Positions 50,999-64,000 of a DNA stretch of 64,000 nt are shown here, piece by piece. Made by a program: the position numbers and the translations under genes. Position 1 is the stretch's first letter, and the number at the start of each line of letters is the position of its first letter. Below the pieces are notes generated by a model. That model saw only the letters and a list, made by a program, of their open reading frames with translations. It searched no databases and was not told the DNA's origin. Source of the stretch: Somniosus microcephalus (lineage: Eukaryota); the NCBI GenBank assembly GCA_052327205.1, contig CM126225.1:6572001-6636000 (forward strand). Direction: 5' to 3'.

Positions 50999-53900
50999 TG
51001 TCAAACATCATACACTTCGATTCATTGGGAAATTATATGTAAGACTAGAAATTGTTCTCTCAACTTCTCAACTAACAAAGTAGAGTTAGCTAATATGTTG
51101 TGAGCTATCTGCGAAACGATTGGTTAAAGTTTTCATGAGACCGACAAAGCGACAATAAAACGTAAATCAATCCGCAATGGGGGTTAAACAATTAACATCG
51201 CCCCCGTATTAAATACTTTTAGAGGCGAAGTGGGGGTTTAAACAACGAACAGCACCACACATATATACATATTGAGCAACTATCCTTAAAAATACAAAAC
51301 GTGGTTAACTTTAAAAGGCAATCTTTGAAGGAACTATTTTGCTTCCTAATTAATCTTAACTGGTGTGACAAATTCTCACACCAGGTTCTCATAATCGTCA
51401 GTCTTATTATTACTGTTATTATCTTAAACCAATAACATAAAAAGTGTTAAATGCAATCATCCTAGCAGATCATTCTTGTGATATTTGTGTTTGATGGGTA
51501 GAAGAAAGTGGTGATTTGGCGATTTGGAACGTCCAGATTTGAGTTAATAATATTAGCCCGAGGTTTTGGTGCCATTGAATGAAATATGTGTGAGTTCAAT
51601 GTGTAGCAAATGTAAAGTTTATACAGCAGAGATTGTGGTGGAAATACACATCACAAACCGTGACAAGCCAATACGGGACTTTTCTTTCACATTTTAATTT
51701 GGACAAAAGTCCGCAATTGAGCAGGACTAGAACCAATTGGATTAAAGATAGTTTCTTGTTCCAGCTCCTGCATTCTCAACCAAGAACTTGCTTTTGTTCC
51801 CATTGTGATGTTTTAAAGCTCACAGTTACATTAAAGACACGGCTACATATTATTCTGCATTATAAGGCTGTGTGATTTTAAATTACTCACAAAACTACTT
51901 TATAACAAATGAGAACGGAAAGTTTATATTTAAACCGTATTTAGCTATAGTGAACGAGTAAATAATTATAAACTGTTTTAAACTTATACATAAATTGTTA
52001 CAGGTTATAAGTTGTTAAATTAAAGCCAATTCTTCCCTCGTTATCTTTCCCATCTGTTTAAGGTGCCGCCCTTTCCGTGAGAATAAGTGCCAAGAAAAAT
52101 GTTTGTATTGTGAAGATAGGGAGAAATTGTGAATGGAAATTCGAAAACCACAATCGACTTGAAAATGGGTACAAAAAAATAGCGAAATGCACAAATACGA
52201 ACAAAATTCAATGGGTAGTGTGGGGTTTATAGAAATAGGGAGCAGTTCGGCGAGCCAACATACCAAACCAATTTCTTAATGTAACTCATTGATGGAAACT
52301 AACAATGTTTAACTTTGCAAGAAATTCATTTAGAAGGTTGTATGAGATAACTTGATTTGATGTGATTCGGCTGAACAAAGACTTTGGGGTTGAAGAGATT
52401 TGGATATTAGGCAAACCGCAGGGCGAGCAATGGCGAAGGCAATGCGAAAGATTACAACAAGTGGCGAGTTATTTATACGCACTGTTAAACATTTTTTGTC
52501 AGTCTTTGATTTTAGAAAATTAATGCAATAAACTGCATTATTCAACTCAGGAAGAAATTAATTTAAATATAAATAGATGTTCATTTGTTTGGACTCAGGA
52601 ATCACTTGACTAACATTTCAGTCTTAATGTTGGAGCTGTTATGCTGACAAGCAGTGGACTGTCAGCTGGACTGTTGGGTTACAATAGTGGCTTCCTCAAA
52701 ATGCCACAAGAGAGCTTCTGGGTGTTGAGCAAATCATAGCCTGAGGATAATATCTGCTTATTCGTTAATGTGATGATTGAAGCCTTACTATATCCTGACT
52801 CTCCAAAATGGTCCTCCCGTTTTAAAAATATTTTCTTAAATACTTGCAGGAACCTGGCTAAACTATAAGCCACCATGTCGTGAATACAAGTGAGAAAATA
52901 TCCAAATATTAGAACAGATCAATTTAAAGCTTCACATATTGGCTGTTAGCATCGTGGCATTTATATTTTAAAGTGTGCACAAATTTGAACGTCATTTTGT
53001 ATTTTGATTCTACTTGCCTTGGCTTATATTGGATGTGATTAAAAATAACTTAATTGTTCTCCCGCCTGCACCCTCGTTCAAAAAGTTTATTTTGCCTCCA
53101 CGATGATTTAAAAAAATTTGGGGTAAACTAGAGAAAATTTATTTGACAATATTCAACACTTCAAGCCCGTGTATCTTAAAACTTGTTTTTTTTAAAAAAT
53201 CGTTAAGATACTAAATAGTAAAACAAAGAAAGATTGTTTCAACAGGAGACTTGTGCAGTATGAGCGCCTGCAAGACTTTCACGCCGTGTCTGTAAATTGG
53301 TTTCAAACGGATGTTTGAATCAGGAGTACAAAGTCACGTCTACATATGTTGGTGAATGTTGTATATATTATGAAACAAACGGCCCATCGCTTCTGCAGCC
53401 ACTGTGACCGAAGCCGAGGGAGCAAAGTTAAAACACGCTTGTTTATTTTTAAATAGATTTGTTATAATAGTCTATACTTATTTAGTAAAGTTGTGAGCTA
53501 TAATTATTCGATATGTTCTTGAAGTAAATTCCCTTTATATGTACCAATTTATATTGGAAGAGAAATAGAGGGTGCGAACTGTGAGAAAATTAAACTTATT
53601 TATTTTATTTCTGCAAATAAATTATTTTTATGTGTTTATTCAAAGCATGCCGAGGTGTCCGCTCATATTTGTATGTATCCTATTAAGCTGAAAACTGTCC
53701 ATCGGCCAGTGCAAATGTTAAAAGGCAGGTTCAAAGACACCCGCCAATCCTTTAACTCGGTATTTGTTTAAGCGATAATCTGGCACTCGCACCGTCATTA
53801 CTCCGTCCCGTTGGAACTGAAATTCTGGATGTCCATTGGATTCTTGCAATGTTCTCACTTTAACAACCAAAACAGTCTGAGATATACAAACCGTCGTTTA

Positions 53901-55971
53901 AAAAAAACGATTGCTTAATATCGTATACTGCTTCACTTTCAATATAGTGTAATGTGCACTCCCAAACGATTAGAGCGATGCAGTTTTCTGTATTATGGGG
54001 TTAATTAAAAGAGATGTGTTCTAATATTAAAGGCGATAGTATATATATGGGAGAAAAGATGCAACATTTAACTTGGCCACAACGAATAGGAACTGCATAT
54101 TAAAAATATACGTCTATAAAAAGGATAACGATTTTATTGCTCCATTTGTAGTATCTATGCTGTTATATTGTTGCAATGATAAATTTATATGTTTTTATTG
54201 TTGCAAATCATTGGGCTTTTCTTGTATATTCCCAATTTATATACTTATATATTTAAAGGCTTTTTTAAAGCACATATTCGTATCTCTGCCAACCAAAAAT
54301 GGCGATTGTCTCCAAGCAGCAGCAACTGGCATCATGAATAGGAAAAGTCCCGTCGTTCGGGGTCGCTGCAGGCCATTTGGGTGGAAACACCTCATTTAGA
54401 TTTAAAGACGGAGGTTTAACTCAGGTCTAACTATACAAGAAATGGGGCCCTTTGCTCCTGGCTCTAGAGCACATTGTGCAATCCTAGCAACTCTAGTAGT
54501 TTAAATGCAGTTATAAACGCTCCGACATCTTTAACAGTAACGAGCTTCTTTGTTGTATCCCCCGATTTGGCTCACTTCATAACACACTGGAGACACGCAG
54601 ATGAGCAGCAAAACAAATCAAACTTCTTTACAATAAATAGTATACTACACACCGTGAAACAGATCGGCAATCAGCTACAGCCCGTGATTGAAACACTCTC
54701 TCATATCCAATTAATGTTAAAATGTAATATCAAGGTTTCCCCCTTTCCTTTGATGAATTTCTATTCTACAAATCACTCGGCGGGTTAAGTGACCGATGTA
54801 TGTGAGTCTCTGCGTGTGTTTTAAACAGTAGCTGATACTAAATTTGCAGGTACCCCAGATTGCAAACTGACAGTGAAAGTGAACGATTTGAAGAATATTT
54901 GCGCAAACTCGCTCAGTTTATTCTTTTATATTTGAACGAACCAAACAATAGCACGGTGAGAACGATACTAAAGCTTCCTGGCCCAGAGGAAAGGGTCTAA
55001 TTGGAGCCTTGCCTTATGTTTTTATACATTTGGATGCCTCCAGTTAAAAATACTATAGTGAGATGTGCCTAGCAGCAGTAATATCGACCCGGCCTCTTTT
55101 ATTTAATATAAAGTAACGTTGTGATAGACTGAGCCACCATTAATAATGATTGAGTAATATTTATATTATCATTTATGTCTGGATCAATTGCATTATAACA
55201 AAATAAAGTAATACCAGTACTGCAAGACTACAAAGCATTGATAACTTGACATTGGAGGAATGAAAAACGCCCTGACCCTTGAGTGTGAGATATTCTTTTT
55301 GTTTCCCTTAGATCATAATCCAAGTGTATAAAAGTGACTTCACGAAACAAAACTAATGCGCTACAGAACTAATCGTGTTGTTCATCTGCTCATTTTCACC
55401 CTCGTTCGGTACATTTCCCATTTCTCTGTTATTAATACTTGGAATAACTTCTTTAATGGATAGTATAGATATTTCTGGCCGACTCAAACCTGGTAAAACA
55501 CTTTACACAACTGCCCATCTAACTAGCTGTGCTTCTACCTATATATCTATCCATCTTTCTATACGTATAATCGATCTATTTAACTATCTGTCGACGCGAT
55601 TAGATCTTTAAAGAATCGAAAAACAGATCCAACTAGTCACCTTTGCAATCACAATACAATTCTAAAATGATATATTTGCCCTCAGAAAAATATACATAAT
55701 TTGAACTATTTAAAACGTTGCCATGCTGTTCATACACGTGCTTGCACAAAACATTGTTATGTTAGAGTCTATCCACATATCGGATAGATAGGCAATTAGA
55801 CAGATGTATATTCCAGTTAATCTGCAAAAGCAATCCGCGCTAGGCATTGTTAGTAGCACCATCCTTCCACATCTTCGCAATAACATGTTTTGCCACAGAA
55901 ACCATTTCTTCAGGTAGCAAAAGGCCAGAGATTCCTCTGTTTTACTAAAATCCAAAAGTTTGCGATGACAA

Positions 55972-56058
55972 TAACTGGAGTAATTCAGGCAGTTTCTTGT
56001 CACTGCGATCAAACAGAAGCCCAACAACATGAAACTACCTAAGTCACACCGCAGTTCC
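55972..56058 (-). ncRNA. mir196a: microRNA mir-196a precursor
   Basis: Mature 5p UAGGUAGUUUCAUGUUGUUGGG at 56041-56020 with complementary 3p arm CAGUGACAAGAAACUGCCUGAA at about 56005-55984. Canonical position between Hox9 and Hox10. Precursor ends approximate. Confidence 0.97.
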
Positions 56059-59000
56059 AATTCGTTTGCGCCATAGACTGGACCTAACGAGTCGAGTTCA
56101 GTTCGAACAGTCAAGACCATCATTGTGAAATATGTGGTTGCTATACATTATTCTTTAAAAAAAATCATTAAATTAATAAAAAAGAGTCTCATGTTGCTAA
56201 GAAAGAAAAGGGAGGATGGTTCGAGCTCTCACAGTCACTGACGGCTCCAAAATTGCATTTATCACTGTTTAATTATTCCAACAGGGCAGATTGCAACATT
56301 TTGACCTTGCTTCATTCGTGTGCAAATAAACATATAAGAAACTGAAGCAATAGGCGTCACTATATTGTATCGTTACCATAGTAAAGGATCAACGTTTTCA
56401 CGTTTTAAACCAGTCACTAGACGGTTGTAACAACAAACTTAGTAAAACCAACAATTCAGTTCTCCACACAGTCAACGCAACTCCAACCAGCCTTACACAG
56501 GGGTCGCTGGCAAAACACGGTTAAACGTGACAACAATGTCCTACCATTCCCATCATGTTTTCCAAAGTCTTGAAAGCAAATCTGGGCAACAGTTAGCGAG
56601 ATTCCACTTGAAGTTTGAAGAAAGGCGTGACCATTTTCCTGATCTCAAAGCTATGTTGTGTGGCATACCGCTCAGAGCCAAACTGCCCAAGTCCAACAAG
56701 TCCTACATGACAGCAACTTGCTAAACATAGTTACAAGCCATAAAGCTTCACAAAAGCAGACGTGATCGTCCGTGGCGCATCATCAGGGCCGCAGTCAGAT
56801 TACGACCGTCTCGCTGGTATTTAAATCACCGACACCGGATACCAAATAAAAATCAAACTGCAGGGTTTTCTTTAGGGCTGGAAGCATCGGAATTCCCTGT
56901 CTTTTCTTTCTCTCAACCATCAACTTGTCCATTTCAGGTCAATTTCACGGGTTCACAATCAGCCAACCACCGTCCACACGAGCCAGAATTGAAGGAAGAG
57001 CCATTGGCGGGTAAATGGCCACCATAAACTTTAAGCAGACTCTTCAACATTGAATAAAGGTATTAAGGATTACAGAAATCCAGCCAAACACAATTTTATT
57101 ATTTTTTTTAAATCTGCATTTTAATAGTGACCTGTAACAAGGCCCAGGAGATAATGCAACGACTTTAAGCCGTGAAGTATACAGCACATGCTATACAAAA
57201 ACAAATTCTATCAACATTTATCATACACCATGAACTTAAAACATTTCATTGAAACAGTTATTGGTGGATTTACATATTGTCCAAATATTAACAGTTTTTT
57301 AAAATCCCCCTCTCTTACAGGGGCATTGTACTGAGTTCAGTCTGCTTAGCAATAGACACGAGGTGATGGACACAACGTTAATAGTCTTTGGTATAACAAG
57401 TTTCTTTACATGTTTAAAAAATAAATATTACATTTTATCCAACATTACACATTTAGTATCTGACAAATTTCTATCTAAAACACGCATGTAAAACTAATTG
57501 AGACGACAGACCACCATAGTTTGCTTGTATTAAATGTCAGACATTTTGATGAACATTTAAAAGACACGTTATTTCTAAGTACAAACACATTTTAATGATA
57601 GTGTATAATGTCCACTAAGGGTGTACGTTCACTGCGAGAGGTATAATCGGCACTCACGGCATGTTACAAACTGGGTTTTAACCGATTGCTATATATTCAC
57701 ATTATTAATGTAACAGATGTTCAAAAGAACAACTACCGATTCCCCGATGGACATTACTTCTCAAGAACATTGACTGATCAAGAACTTGCCTGTGTGCATA
57801 TTTATTTTAATCTGCCGTTGTACTTAATCTGCAGTTGTTACTGTGAGTATTAATTTATTGGTTTCTCACATTCCATTCACATTTTGATGGGAAGCCTTAC
57901 GCCACATCTGCAGTGTGGAGCTGAATGAGAAATTAAACCGTAAAATTAAGGCTAAATCTTGTTAAAGATGTCGGGGTCCAATTAGCCCCCCACCCAGATG
58001 TGTTTTCCCCCCAACGTGAAACGAGAAGCTTTGAGGTATTTATAGGTGTAGGGAGGAAAAATATAGACCAATAGCAGTTTTCAATAAACACCTGAAATTA
58101 ATAGCTAGCGGGGATCTATGCAAATTGTTTTCTGTTTAGGAGCTAGGAGCCAGGTGTGGAGGTTGGTTCATGAATAATTTTAGCCACTTGATGTTAGTCA
58201 AAGGAACACAGACAAAGAAATTCGCTGGGTAAGAATCTGTCTTTTCATAATATTGTAATAAGATCATTAGGAAGTGTTCAATCTTGGTACTTGTTGCTTT
58301 AATGTAAATGTTTATATTAATAAATGTTCATCCAATTAATATTCTTCCGCAAATCTTCATTTAATAGAAATCTCCAGTTATTTGATGTTATTTTAAGTGG
58401 AGTCAACTGTAAAACATATTGTTAATCTACACAACTATCAAAGCACTCCCACAGCAATTTATTGTGTAAAAGCTTTAAGACGTTTGGACGTGAAAGACGC
58501 TAAATAAATGCAAGTGTATAATCTGTTTGAAATAGATATGCAATTTTTCATAGTTTGGTTATTTCCATTCACTTCTATTCAACTGTACGTTGCGCTTGTG
58601 CCTTGGAAAGGGGAAAAACAGGTTTTATTTGGAATTCTTAGAAACATGTTTTTAATAAACAAGTGTATACTGGACATTAAGTTGGGGAAATTACCTACCT
58701 AAAGTACATGAGAGCAACGAACATAATTGCACATTGTTTGATATCATTTTTGCAATGCGTGCCCATTCAATGACCTGCATAAATAGTTACTCTTACACAC
58801 TAAGAAGGAGGAAGGATTCTTGATGGGGCGACCATCAACTAAAGCGGATTTTTTTTTTACCTTCACGCCCTCTTATTATTTTAAGAAACACATTTGTTTT
58901 AAGACAAAACAGAATGCATCAATCCATAAGCAAGACATAATTCAACATTGACTCTTTGGTACACCGAGCATTTGCCATAATTACCGACCTCTAATTGTTT

Positions 59001-59619
59001 CAACATGTCTCGCTATTTTGAAGCTATACTTTAACAAGTGCTTCAAACACTCTTGAGCGTGAAATATGTCTGCGCAGATGGCGTACACTAATAGGTGCAG
59101 AGTTCTCTGTTGTCCCTCAATGAGCGGAAGTTACAGGCCTTAACATGATTACTCTTAGAATCATAACACATATATGTGGTATTAACTATACTTAGTTTAA
59201 ATCCAACAAAAGGACAGCATGCATAAAGCAAGCCAGATTTTATTGCCCTTTTCAAACTTTCTTTCAGTTCCTATCTCATAATTAAGTGATAGGGCACTAA
59301 ATTAATCGAGAACAATTAATGAGCTTCTGGGCAGTAAAGGAGAGTCTTCAGCATGTGTTCATTTCTCAGTTCCTTTTTGTTATGTTAAGCTATTTTGATC
59401 TTGCAAGCCCGCCATCCCACCATCTACCCTTGCCCTTAGCGGGCTCAATGTTGTTGTAGTGACTAGACTTCTGAACTTGCAACTCCTCCCCATGACTACC
59501 AACCTCCCCCCGCCCCTCCCCCCTTCAATGTTGTTGTAGCGTTCGGAATTCTTCAACGAGACGTCTTATATCGTCCAACGTCTCGTTCTTTTTCATTAAA
59601 AAACCACTAGCCCCCTTCA

Positions 59620-59891
59620 TCAGATAGGGAAAGCAGCCGATATTTCTCGAACTCTGTGCTCTCTGCTCATCTTTTTCAGTTTCATTCTTCGGTTTTGAAA
59701 CCAGATTTTGACCTGTCTGTCGGATAGATTCACGCCCCGGCTGATCTCCAGGCGGCGCTCTCGAGTTAAATACATGTTAAAGAGGAATTCCTTTTCCAAT
59801 TCCAGTGTTTGGTGCTTGGTGTATGGGCAGCGTTTCTTCCTTCCGCCCTTCGCCGTCAGCCAGTTTATCGTATTCTCAGCCTTTGTGCTCT
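59620..59891 (-). CDS. hoxb10: HoxB10 coding exon 2 (homeodomain); exon 1 not in window
   Basis: Acceptor gacag|AG at 59892/59891. [69 protein letters not shown] carries the PG10 signature, and it lies 5' of hoxb9/mir-196 in a B cluster. Confidence 0.92.
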
Positions 59892-62800
59892 CTGTCAATC
59901 GGGAAAAACAAATTGTCAGACGACCTGCTGAATAAAACGGGTTCTGTTTTCTCCCCCCCGCCCCACCCCCTTTCTTTCACCATCCACGATACCATGACTC
60001 AGGATTTTCAACGAGGTTTCCCACTTGGGAGCGGGAAGGGGGTGGGAGTGCCGGCTCACAGTCCACAGTGGAATCTGAACCGTTCATGCATTATCCCGTT
60101 CGACATTAGCACATGCTGTAGAAGATTGTGCCACACCGCAGCATTGCCTATTCTAATGTAACTTTACGTCTTATCAAAATAAGTGTTCCAAGGATTTTAC
60201 TTAAAGGGTAATCTTGCACCGGGACAAATAATTACAATGAAGGCCTACTTAAGGTTGAATCTAAAATGTTATCTCGAATGCACATTACACCTAATCCTTG
60301 ATTCCTAACAAGATTGAGACGCAATATAATGGAATAAGCCATCACAGGCAATATCTTTACTATTATAAAGAGTTTACATTCTGACTGTAAAGAGACACGG
60401 TTAGTCCGAAATCTTCATTGCAAAAAAAAGTCACTGTGTTTAAAACACAGCTAATATAGCTTGACATTAGCAGGAAATTGCACCTCTAAATTCTTACTAA
60501 TAATATTAACTTTCTGTTAAACATGTGCTTAACTAGTTTGAGATAAACCTATTTATTTCCCAAGGATATCTCACTAAAGAGCATTTAAACATCTATTAAC
60601 TTTCCAAAGTCAATGTTTAGTGCAGATGACCTTTTTGAGAATTGATTTAGAAGCGGGTTGTTGCACTGCAAAATAACCTTTAACCCCTATAATATCGTCT
60701 TAACACCGGATTTTCACTTAACGGTTATGGTTTATGCAAGGGGAGGGATGTGGCCGTTTAGTGAACAGAGGGCAAGAAGGCAGGAACATGGACACAGATG
60801 TTTTCAACAGGATGTCATGAGCCTTTTTTATAAAGCTCCCCCATGATTTTCATTTTACTGAATTTGATGAAAATCTCACATTTATTTTCTGTTAGCTTTA
60901 ATGCAACAGCTGACGCGCTTTTTGTCATTCGCCGTCCTTTTGTGAGTACTGTGATGAAAATGTCCACGCTGGACTGTTTCTACAATAACTTTTAGACTTA
61001 TTAGTGTTTTTTTTTAAGATTGTAGAATGATCTCTGGTTCCCTTCTTTATATACGAGTCAAATGTTGCTGATGCCGCCAATATCGCTGTATTAAATCGAA
61101 ATGGGATAAAGCAGATGTCATTATTGGCAAAAAGGTCAAATGTATCCAAATTGTAGGTGCAAAGATATACCCGCGTTACTCGACATTTTTGCAGTGTGCA
61201 TTGGTTAAACACAAGCTACCTGTATCCGTGGGAAGTGAAAAGTATTTTATGAAATCGTATAGTTACAATTAAACGGTATGATTTAACCCGGTTGCAAGTG
61301 CGGAAAGCCAATGAACAGAGAGCATTTAGGATAAGAAAATATCACATGTAACTTTGTTGCTGTGAATTACACTCTAACATAGGGCAAGTTTTGCTGGAGG
61401 GGTTTAAAAATCATGGAATATAGGAAATGTCCAGGTTTATACATTCAACCAATGTAAATATATGAACTTGCAACACTGATAACACCATAAAGAAGCGATC
61501 GATATAGAATTAAAATATTCGCTCCATAAAAGAAACCGCGTAAATAGTGCAGGGGACAATTCTATACCGGCCACTTTCCAATCAAATTCTGAGGAGAAAA
61601 ACGCGAAACCTAGCTGAATATCACAGCTTAAAGAATCTATAAATAATTATTGATTGACCATGCCCTTGGTTAGAACTCAAGGTCATATCATAAATGCCAT
61701 CACATTCAGTATCATATCACGGTTCCTCAATATTAACCGCGTTCGTACAGGCTCTTTCTGTCCTGAAATATTATTTAAAGTCATAAACTTGTAATTAACT
61801 ATTCGGCCTGACTGTGACGCACCAGCGGCATATTAGAAATGTTTCTTGCGTCTGTTGTAATGAATATATGCGAATTTGTCCTAGATTTCAAATTAATAGT
61901 TTGTGAGCGTGCAAGACACGAGGCTAAATTATAATATTTCCCGTCCATCTGTGTCGACCTAATGTTTCAAAATGTTCAAAAAGTAAAGGAACTGGATAGC
62001 AGTCGGTCTGAAATCTCCCCAGGCCTCTCCAGTAGTTTCCTTTGTAGGTGTTGCGGTGTCAATTTGCTGTTCGGGTTATGCTGAGGCTGAGAGTTGCACC
62101 AGGTGCTATTTTCTGTTCAAATACTATAACTTAATTGAGTGGATCAACATGGAAACTGCGTGCTGTGATTACCTTGGCCTTAATGCATTTAAAATGCGGA
62201 AAATTACTCAACAAGACCGGAACAGCAAGGGGTTGAAAAGAAATACAGTCCTACGCAACCTGGGGATCAGTTTAAAAATTAAAATGCAAATTTACAATGT
62301 GCCTTTAAGCCGTCGACGAATTATTGACTGAGTAAAGCGTGTTAGTAACATACTGTAAAGCCTTATTGTACTATTAATTATGCGTCTGAATCCCACTCGC
62401 GGATTTATATTGTAACTGTTATTATTATTTTATAGCAAAGAAATGTATTGTATATAGAAATTGTTTGGGAAGTAACTGATACCTGTGAATCGCAATGTAC
62501 GATCTCGTTTTAATTCTTGCTTTGTTTTGTGCAAGTTCAGTTTTAAAAGCAGTCAAAATCTCAACTCAATTTAAGGCCTCCATCTTTATTTACTTTGTCG
62601 CGCGTTATCAGGTTCTTTGTATGAAGCTGGCGTTATTTCAATGCAGCAAAGATGGCGGAAGCATTGTTGTCATAGCGTTTAGTGTTTTCCTGAGATTTTT
62701 GTCATCAGTTAAAAATTGAAATTCAGTGTGCTTGGAAGTCAAATAATCTTCTGAAACTGGACATATCAACTGGGCTGTGCATGGAGCACATCAATGATAT

Positions 62801-64000
62801 ATTGCATATATTTTTTAAAATTAAAAAACTGCTCAATTATATTGCACTCTACGGAATTAAATGTCGGCCAGCATTGAGTGTCCTGTCAGAGATCAGCTCA
62901 ACTACTCCTAGGTAAGAAAGAAATCAGGAGAGTCCCCACATCCACGGAGGGTGTTTATAGGTAAATTACAACAGCCCCTTAAGCCAAGTCTATTTGTCAG
63001 GTTAAACTAAACGTTGTCAATTAACAATCTCCCAGTCTGTGGTTTGGGTGCATACTCCTGATTTCGTCCAGGTGCTGTTAATAACTGCCATCACTGCATC
63101 CACACAGAGTTCAATTTAAAAAGACGTGTTAAAAGTTATGAAATACATAACTTATCTCTTGCTAATTGAGAGTTAATTTAACTTGTGAGCTGCTCCCAGT
63201 CTATCTAGCGGGACAAGGGACACGCCAAACCCTTTTACAATACCTTGCCTCAAATTCAAAGTGTAACGTGTGCTTAACATGTCCCAGATTTCCATAACAA
63301 TACAAACAGTTGTATACTCCATTGTCACTTGATGTTTAGTACAGTCTCCTCGTTTGTGTCACTTGATTGTGTGGGTAAACACTCAATAAAGGCAGTGCTA
63401 GATAGAAAGAGCAACGCACCAATTCAGCATTTATATTTAGACCCCAACGACACACAAAAACAGACACAAGCAAGGAACCAGCCACTTGAACTGTTAGGGA
63501 TTGCGATGATTTCACAAAGGGCTTGCCGACTTTAATGTAGTTGAAGTGGCTTTGCTTTGCAATGTTTCATGTTTTTGTGTGTGAGAGTAAGTGGAGGAAA
63601 TCCGCTATGGCGGAACCGAGTTAATTATAACTTCCTACGAGTTATTGCATCCTGGTGTTTACCCGCTTCTTTCCTCCTGTGTAGCGGCTCAGGGTGGGGT
63701 GGGGGTGAATAATAGATATATTTTTAATGTTCTCCTAAAAAACACAGAAGTATAGCTTATTGATCACCTGTTACACAATAGTCAATTTCTAAAAGAATCG
63801 GTAAAGCGATACTAAAAACCGTTTGATATTCATCACACCTCTCCTAGATTGTGTTAGAAACAGACCACAACCAGGGCACCATCGGAATCATAGATACCTA
63901 CCAGGAAATAGCATTTAGGGTACCTCGGATTACTAATTAGCATGTCAATTCAATTTGTTTGCCCCTGTGGCTCCTTTATTCCCAACTTACTGAGGAGCGA

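Noticed and set aside
50596-51103. Plus-strand 149-aa and alternate-frame 106-aa ORFs over hoxb9 exon 1
   Set aside because: Shadow ORFs of GC-rich coding sequence, with no recognisable protein features.
55710-56123. 137-aa ORF spanning mir-196a
   Set aside because: No coding signature; the locus is explained by the miRNA hairpin.

Overview
Central part of a vertebrate HoxB cluster, with every gene on the minus strand. From low to high coordinate: the hoxb3-hoxb4 interval (hoxb3 coding exons lie outside the window to the left), hoxb4, mir-10a, hoxb5, hoxb6, hoxb7, hoxb8, hoxb9, mir-196a and the homeobox exon of hoxb10, whose exon 1 is not in the window. All six complete genes have two coding exons joined by a phase-1 GT-AG intron and reconstruct without frameshifts. 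Retention of hoxb10, compact spacing and two Deu-SINE-like tails point to a non-amniote gnathostome, most likely a cartilaginous fish (inference). The non-coding DNA carries recognisable Hox regulatory elements: DR5 retinoic-acid response elements on both sides of hoxb4, a CR3-like Hox autoregulatory site, intronic HB1-like elements, E-box/CCAAT promoters, CTCF motifs and miR-196 target sites. I found no wholly new biological system. The most notable items are lineage-specific variants: a four-wobble miR-196 site in hoxb8, uORFs overlapping the hoxb9 start, a DR4-spaced element near the expected DE-RARE position, SINE remnants inside the cluster and an orphan hoxb10 exon 2.
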